Below, in pieces: positions 58,447 to 64,000 of a stretch of DNA of 64,000 bases. Position 1 is the first letter of the stretch. Every line of letters begins with the position of its first letter. The notes under the pieces were generated by a model, which was not told the DNA's origin, did not search any database, and saw only the letters and a list, made by a program, of their open reading frames with translations. The DNA comes from Candidatus Eiseniibacteriota bacterium (lineage in GTDB: Bacteria; Eisenbacteria; RBG-16-71-46), in contig CAVUWA010000002.1 of assembly GCA_963744995.1 (NCBI GenBank), forward strand, positions 224,001-288,000, read 5' to 3'. A program made the translations under genes and the position numbers.

Positions 58447-59775
58447 TCATGGTGCGGCGAGGAACAGGCGTTCGAGACGCGTCGCGCGGCCCGCGCCGTC
58501 CACGGTGAACACGTCGATGCGCGGTGAGGTGCCGGGCGCGCCGGGGATCACCAGCCGCAGATAGTGGTAGGCGGTGACGGCGCGATCGGTCGCTGGGTCG
58601 AACGCGAGCCCCGCGGGCAGCGCGCGCCCGTTTTCCCTGCGCCGCGTTTCGGCGTTCACGGCGTGCAGCGGTCCGCCGCCGCCGCCGGTCGTCACCAGCC
58701 ACGTGCCGCGGCCGTCGCCGGCGCGCACGCGGATCCGCCGATACAGGTGCTCGTGGCCCGCGAACACCGCGGTCACGCCGTGCCGCGCGCACGCCTCGAG
58801 GACGCGGTCGCGACGCCGCGCCGGGGCGGCGGGGCTCCAGTCGCGGCCATGCCGTCCGACGAGCGCCAGTGGATGGTGCAGCACGACGAACGTATAGCGC
58901 GCGCCGGAATCGAGCGCGCGCTCGAGCCAGGCGAGCTGAGCCTCGCTCAGGCGTTCCGCCTCGTCCTCCGTGTAGATGCCGTCGACGTTGGCGAGCACGT
59001 TCGAATCGAGGAAGACGAAGCGCGCGAGCCCTCCGGCCGCATCGATCGAGAACCAGAAGCGCTCCGGTTCGGGTGCTGGGCCCATGACCGCGCGCCAGTT
59101 GGCGCGGCCCTCCGGCGTGTGGATGCGTTCGTGGTTGCCGGGCGCCGCGAGGTAGCGCGCGCTGCCCCTGAGGCTTCCGGGCGGGCCGTCGCCGGCGCCG
59201 AATTCGCGTTCGAAATCGCGCCAGAGCCGCGCGCGGCGTCCGTCGAAGACGAGGTCGCCCGTGTTGATCACGAGATCCGCGGGCAGCGCCTGCACCATCG
59301 CGGTTCGCACCCGCGCTTCACCGCCGCCGTTCGGCCGGTGCGTGGCGAGCACGACGGCCAGATCCTGGAATCCATCGAGGGTCGGTGCCACCGTCTGGAT
59401 CAGCGCGAACGGCAGCGCGACGAGTGCGGACAGCCAGGTGGCGGGACGGCCGGGCGCGAACGCCTGCAGCTGCGGATAGCCGAAGCGCTGCGACTGGGTA
59501 CGGTAGCCGGGACGGTTGTCGCCGGTGACCAGCACCACCAGGCTGTCGCCCCCCACCTCGATCGCCGCGCCGAGGTGATGCGGATCGAGGTCCGCGCCCG
59601 CTCCGGGCGGCACGGCCGTCACCATTCCGGGGGCTTCGAGCGTCCGGATCGGCGCACATCCGGCGGCCAGCAGCAGGGCCACGGCGGCGAGCCCGCGACG
59701 CCGGCGGCGGAGCCGGCGGGAGGGGGCCCCACCATGACCGGGGCGGCGAACGGCGCGGATTTCGGCAGGCTTCAT
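58447..59775 (-). CDS. Calcineurin-like metallophosphoesterase, putative lipoprotein (start uncertain)
   Basis: AAGC lipobox, GDNR, TGDLV, PGNHE, LHHP, AGHEH. Confidence 0.88.
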   Translation of the reverse strand: MKPAEIRAVRRPGHGGAPSRRLRRRRRGLAAVALLLAAGCAPIRTLEAPGMVTAVPPGAGADLDPHHLGAAIEVGGDSLVVLVTGDNRPGYRTQSQRFGYPQLQAFAPGRPATWLSALVALPFALIQTVAPTLDGFQDLAVVLATHRPNGGGEARVRTAMVQALPADLVINTGDLVFDGRRARLWRDFEREFGAGDGPPGSLRGSARYLAAPGNHERIHTPEGRANWRAVMGPAPEPERFWFSIDAAGGLARFVFLDSNVLANVDGIYTEDEAERLSEAQLAWLERALDSGARYTFVVLHHPLALVGRHGRDWSPAAPARRRDRVLEACARHGVTAVFAGHEHLYRRIRVRAGDGRGTWLVTTGGGGGPLHAVNAETRRRENGRALPAGLAFDPATDRAVTAYHYLRLVIPGAPGTSPRIDVFTVDGAGRATRLERLFLAAP

Positions 59776-59889
59776 GAGCGGCCGGGAATATTGTAAGAAT
59801 CGCGCGACGAGTCAATCGCCTCTCGGAAGAATGCCCGCGAGGTCCGACCCGGCGCGCCGTCCGGACACCTCCCGCTCTCCCAGGATCCC

Positions 59890-62610
59890 ATGCTCGCCTG
59901 GCTCTCCCGCCGCTTCCGCCTCGACGCCGACGAGACCCTGCACGCGGTCGTGCTCGGCATCGTGCTGTTCGCGCTCACCTCCTCCTACACGCTGGTCAAG
60001 ACCGCGCGCGACGCGCTCTACCTGGCGAATCTGCCCGCCGAGACCCTGCCACGCGTCTATCTCGGCGTCGGCATCGTGACGCTGATCGCCGCCGCCGTGT
60101 TCGCACGGCTGACGCGCCGGCTCTCGACGCTTGAAACCCTCGGCGGCACCGCGATGGTGTCGGCGATCTCCCTCACCGCCTTCGCCTGGCTGTTCCGCGT
60201 CGACGCACCGTGGGTGCCGGTCACCCTCTACGTCTGGGTCAACGTGTACGGCCTGCTGCTGATGTCGCAGTTCTGGGTGTTCGCGAACAGCATCTCGAAT
60301 CCGCGCGAGGCGAAACGCACCTACGGCATCATCGGCGTCGGGGGAATCCTGGGCGGACTGTTCGGCGGCATGGCCGCGCCGGGGCTCGCCGCGGCGTGGA
60401 ACCTGTCGGCGCTCATGGTCGTCTCGGCGGTCCTGCTGGTGGCGGCAGTGGGCATCGTCGCACTGAGCGCGCGGCGAGCGAACCTGCCGCCGCCCGAGCC
60501 CGCGCCCGCGGTCGAGGCGGAGACGCGCGCGCCGATGCGCCATCGCTACGTGCGCTGGCTGGCGCTCGCCGCGCTGTGCTCGGTGGTCGTGAGCGGCATG
60601 CTCGACTACCTCTTCAAAGTCGAGATCCAGCGTCGCTACGCGACCGCGGACGCGCTCGCCGGATTTCTGGGCATCTACTACATCGTGGTGAACCTCGCAT
60701 CGCTGACCATGCAGCTGTTCGTCACGCGCTGGGCGCTGCACAGGCTCGGTGCCGGGTGGTCCGCGCTCGTGCTGCCGGCGGGGCTCGGCGCGGGCGCCGT
60801 GGTCACGCTGACGCTGCCCGGCTTCGCCCCGGTGATCGCGACCCGGATCTGGGACCAGCTCACGCGGCAGTCCATCAACCGTTCGGCGATCGAGATGTTC
60901 TACTTCCCGCTCGAGCCCGCGTTGCGTCGGCGCGCGAAGAGCGTCATCGACGCGGGGCTCGAGCGGGTGGGGGACGGGCTCGCGGGGGCGGTGATCCTGC
61001 TGCTCGGCATGACGCTGGGCGCGGGCATCCAGGTCGTCGCCGGCGTGACGCTGGGGGTGATCGTGCTGTGGGCCTTCGCGTGGTTCGCGGTGCGTGGCGG
61101 CTACGTGGCGGAGCTCGGACGCAATCTGCGCCGCATGAATCTCGCGCCCCACGAGATGACGATGTCGCTGCGTGAAGCCGGCGTGCTGAACGAGATGGAT
61201 CACCTGCTCGACAGCGACTACGAGCGTGTCGTGCTGCACGCGATGGAGCTCATGCAGGAGATCGCCCCGCAACGGCTGGCGGCCCGGATTCCGGCACTGC
61301 TGGACCATCGCTCGCCCGCCGTGCGTGCGCGGGCCCTGCGCATCGGCCTCGCGCTCGGGGTGCCGGGCGTCAGCGAGCGCGCGGACGCGATGCTCGAGGA
61401 TCCGGCCGCCGAGGTACGCGTCGCCGCGCTGCGGGCGCACGCGGCGCTCGACTGCGACGATCCGACCGGCGTGCTCCAGCAGTTTCTCGAGGCGGACGAC
61501 GAACGCCTGCGACTCACGGCACTGCAGTGCATGATCGAATTCTCACCGCCGCGCGAAGAGGCGCGCGTCCTGGCACACATCGAGCCGCTGGCGCGGGGCG
61601 GCGACGCCACGATCCGCGCCGCGATCGCAGATGGGCTCGGGCGCCGCCCGGCCCCGTCCGCCCTGCACGATCTGCTCGGCCCCCTGCTGCGCGACGCGGA
61701 TTCCGGCGTGCGCCGCGCCGCCCTGGTGAGCGCCGGCCATGCACAGCGGCGCGTCCACATCCAGACGCTCATCGAAGCTCTTGCCGACCGCACGGTGCAG
61801 AAGGCCGCGCGCGCCGGACTCGTCGGCTACGGCAACCTGGTGGTCGGCACGCTCGCCGACTGGCTCATCGACCCCGGCGTCGCGATGCCGGTGCGGCGCG
61901 AGGTGCCGCGCGTGCTGGCGGACGTCGGGACGCAGGACGCACTCGACGCGCTGTTCCGCTATCGCGTGCACGAGGACGTACGCCTGTCGTACCGTGTGCT
62001 CAAGGCCGAGCATCACATCCGGATCCGCAACGAGTCGGTGCAGATGCCGCGGCGACTGATCACCGCGGACCTCGAGTACGATGCCCGCAGCCATCTGTTC
62101 GCGTTCGTGCACTACCGCGGCTGCCCGATCGGCGCCTGGCGCAGCGCCGAACGGCTGCTGTGCATCGTGCTCAACGAGCGCATGGAACAGGCGTTCGACC
62201 GCATGTTCCGCCGGCTCGCACTCATGTATCCGCCGCGCGACATCGACGCGGCGTACCGCGGCCTGCTCGCCGAGGACCGCCGCCGACGCGGCAACGCGCT
62301 CGAGTACCTCGACAACGCGCTGTCCGCCGAGCATCGTCGCATCCTCGCACCGTTCATCGAGGACGTGGGGGACGATGCGATGCTGCGCCACGCGGAGCGA
62401 CTCTACGGACTGCGCTTCGTGAGCTACCATGACTCGCTGGCCGCCATTCTGAGCGGCGACGACTCGTGGCTGCGCGCGTGCGCACTGTTCGTCGTCGGCG
62501 CGCGCCGCGAGGCCGGGCTCGCCGAAGGTGTCGAGCACAACCTGGCCGACCGCAATCCACAGGTGCGCGAGATCGCGCTCTGGGCGCGGGCGGCGCTGGG
62601 CACGACCTGA
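59890..62610 (+). CDS. Npt/TLC-like nucleotide transporter (MFS) fused to HEAT repeats
   Basis: SYTLVKTARDALY, SQFWVFAN...PREAKR.YG.I..GG, AKSVID...ERVGD, then HEAT repeats. Confidence 0.88.
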   Translation: MLAWLSRRFRLDADETLHAVVLGIVLFALTSSYTLVKTARDALYLANLPAETLPRVYLGVGIVTLIAAAVFARLTRRLSTLETLGGTAMVSAISLTAFAWLFRVDAPWVPVTLYVWVNVYGLLLMSQFWVFANSISNPREAKRTYGIIGVGGILGGLFGGMAAPGLAAAWNLSALMVVSAVLLVAAVGIVALSARRANLPPPEPAPAVEAETRAPMRHRYVRWLALAALCSVVVSGMLDYLFKVEIQRRYATADALAGFLGIYYIVVNLASLTMQLFVTRWALHRLGAGWSALVLPAGLGAGAVVTLTLPGFAPVIATRIWDQLTRQSINRSAIEMFYFPLEPALRRRAKSVIDAGLERVGDGLAGAVILLLGMTLGAGIQVVAGVTLGVIVLWAFAWFAVRGGYVAELGRNLRRMNLAPHEMTMSLREAGVLNEMDHLLDSDYERVVLHAMELMQEIAPQRLAARIPALLDHRSPAVRARALRIGLALGVPGVSERADAMLEDPAAEVRVAALRAHAALDCDDPTGVLQQFLEADDERLRLTALQCMIEFSPPREEARVLAHIEPLARGGDATIRAAIADGLGRRPAPSALHDLLGPLLRDADSGVRRAALVSAGHAQRRVHIQTLIEALADRTVQKAARAGLVGYGNLVVGTLADWLIDPGVAMPVRREVPRVLADVGTQDALDALFRYRVHEDVRLSYRVLKAEHHIRIRNESVQMPRRLITADLEYDARSHLFAFVHYRGCPIGAWRSAERLLCIVLNERMEQAFDRMFRRLALMYPPRDIDAAYRGLLAEDRRRRGNALEYLDNALSAEHRRILAPFIEDVGDDAMLRHAERLYGLRFVSYHDSLAAILSGDDSWLRACALFVVGARREAGLAEGVEHNLADRNPQVREIALWARAALGTT

Positions 62611-62630
62611 AACCGTCTTCTGGAGCGGAC

Positions 62631-63206
62631 ATGAAGGAAACCCTGACCCTGGTCGAGAAGACCGCGTTCCTCAAGAGCGTGGACTCTCTCTCGTCCATTC
62701 CGACCGAGGCGCTGGCGGAGCTGGCCGGTCGCGCCCGCGAGCAGCACTTCGACGCGGGCGACCGCATCTTCGCCGAGGGCGAACCGAACCGTGGCACGTT
62801 TCTCGTGGTGGACGGCGTCGTCATGCTGCGGATCGGCGGCGCCGTAGTGCGTGTGGTGCGACCGGGCATGGCGTTCGGCGAGCTGTTCCTCGCCGAGGGT
62901 GAGCCGCACCGCATGACCGCCGACGTGGTCGAGCACTCGCACGTCCTGAACGTCACCACCGAGGACATCTTCGATGCGATGGGTGACTATCCGGAGTTCG
63001 GCGCCTCGATCGTGCGCTCGATGTCGCGGCAGATGCTGGTGCTGAACCAGCGCATCGTCGAAATGGAGCACCTCCTGGCCCGGTTCCACGACGCGCTGAT
63101 CAAAGCGGGCATCGAGCCTCCGGAGAAGGACCCGGAACCGCACGTGGCACCGGCGCCGCGCTTGAAGGAGGACGACCTCATCGCCGGCCCCGCGGAGGAA
63201 ACATGA
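62631..63206 (+). CDS. Cyclic-nucleotide-binding domain protein
   Basis: GGAG RBS, LVEKTAFLKSV, IFAEGE, VVDG.V, AFGEL. Confidence 0.88.
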   Translation: MKETLTLVEKTAFLKSVDSLSSIPTEALAELAGRAREQHFDAGDRIFAEGEPNRGTFLVVDGVVMLRIGGAVVRVVRPGMAFGELFLAEGEPHRMTADVVEHSHVLNVTTEDIFDAMGDYPEFGASIVRSMSRQMLVLNQRIVEMEHLLARFHDALIKAGIEPPEKDPEPHVAPAPRLKEDDLIAGPAEET

Positions 63207-64000
63207 ACCACCGTTACGTGATCGTCGGCGGCGGGCTGGCCGCAGCGTCGGCAGTCGAAGGCATTCGCGCGCACGACCGCGAGGGCTCGATTCTCGTCGT
63301 CTCGCGCGAGAACCACTCGCCGTACAACCGGCCGCCGCTCTCGAAAGGGCTCTGGTTCGGCAAGGAGACCATCGACCAGCTGCCCGTCCATCCCGAGTCG
63401 TACTACGTCGAGCACGGCGTCACCCTTGCCCTGCGCCGCGAGGTCGTCGAGATCGACCCCGGATCGAAGCGGCTCTGGGACGACCGCGGCGTCGCCTACG
63501 GCTACGAAAAGCTGCTGCTGGCCACGGGGGGCAAGCCGCGGCTGCTCGACGCGACCGTGGATCCGAGCAGCAACGTGCACTACTTCCGCACCCTCGAGGA
63601 CTACCTCGTGCTGCGCGAGAACCTCGAGCGCGTGCAGCACACGCTGGTCGTGGGCGGCGGGTTCATCGGCCTCGAGATCGCCGCGGCGCTGCGCCATGCG
63701 GGGCAGGAGGTCACGCTCATCTACAAGGGCGAGTACCCGCTGCGGCGGGTGCTGCCGCGCGAGCTCGGGCTCGCGGTCGCCGACTACTACCGCCGGCACG
63801 GGATCGAGACCGTGTCGAACGATGCGATCGCCGAGCTCGTCGGGCAGGGCGGCCTGATCCAGGGGCGCACGCGCATGGGGAACACCGTGACCACGCAGCA
63901 GGTGGTCGTCGGCATCGGCATCGTGCCGCACGTCGAGCTGGCCGAGGCCGCCGGACTGGACGTCAACGCGGGGATCGAAGTCGACGAGTTCGCCCGCACG
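63203..64000 (+). CDS. FAD-dependent pyridine-nucleotide oxidoreductase (ferredoxin reductase-like), partial
   Basis: ATG 63203 MNHRYVIVGGGLAA, PYNRPPLSKG, LLLATG, VVGGGFIGLE. Runs off the window end. Confidence 0.9.
   Translation, partial: MNHRYVIVGGGLAAASAVEGIRAHDREGSILVVSRENHSPYNRPPLSKGLWFGKETIDQLPVHPESYYVEHGVTLALRREVVEIDPGSKRLWDDRGVAYGYEKLLLATGGKPRLLDATVDPSSNVHYFRTLEDYLVLRENLERVQHTLVVGGGFIGLEIAAALRHAGQEVTLIYKGEYPLRRVLPRELGLAVADYYRRHGIETVSNDAIAELVGQGGLIQGRTRMGNTVTTQQVVVGIGIVPHVELAEAAGLDVNAGIEVDEFART

Overview
High-GC diderm bacterial chromosome segment. TonB receptors, lipoproteins, secreted proteins with FlgD/T9SS-like C-terminal domains and a DUF222-like HNH gene suggest an FCB-related lineage such as Ca. 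Eisenbacteria (inference only). About 55 genes, mostly housekeeping or envelope: murB, moaA, mutY, tag, glutamine synthetase III, MATE, MscS, rhomboid, S9 and M4/M36 peptidases, a Ser/Thr kinase-AAA-TPR protein and an NTT-HEAT transporter. No rRNA, tRNA, integrase or canonical CRISPR was seen. At least seven genes are broken by single frameshifts, most likely sequencing or assembly indels. Highlights: (1) a DUF222-like/HNH/RuvA-C gene with three in-frame 20-bp palindromes in its linker, behind a hairpin-rich ~450-bp upstream region; (2) a SelW/Rdx selenoprotein (CxxU, in-frame UGA, SECIS-like hairpin) missed by the ORF track; (3) a lower-GC two-gene islet between 545-bp ~96%-identical direct repeats that duplicate a small B3/EcoRII-N-like gene; (4) a TPP riboswitch with terminator ahead of an SSS symporter, a TonB receptor and a transketolase remnant; (5) AlgR-type LytTR boxes upstream of a LytS-TPR-TonB-LytTR operon; (6) an in-frame CAAX/CPBP protease-sarcosine oxidase fusion.
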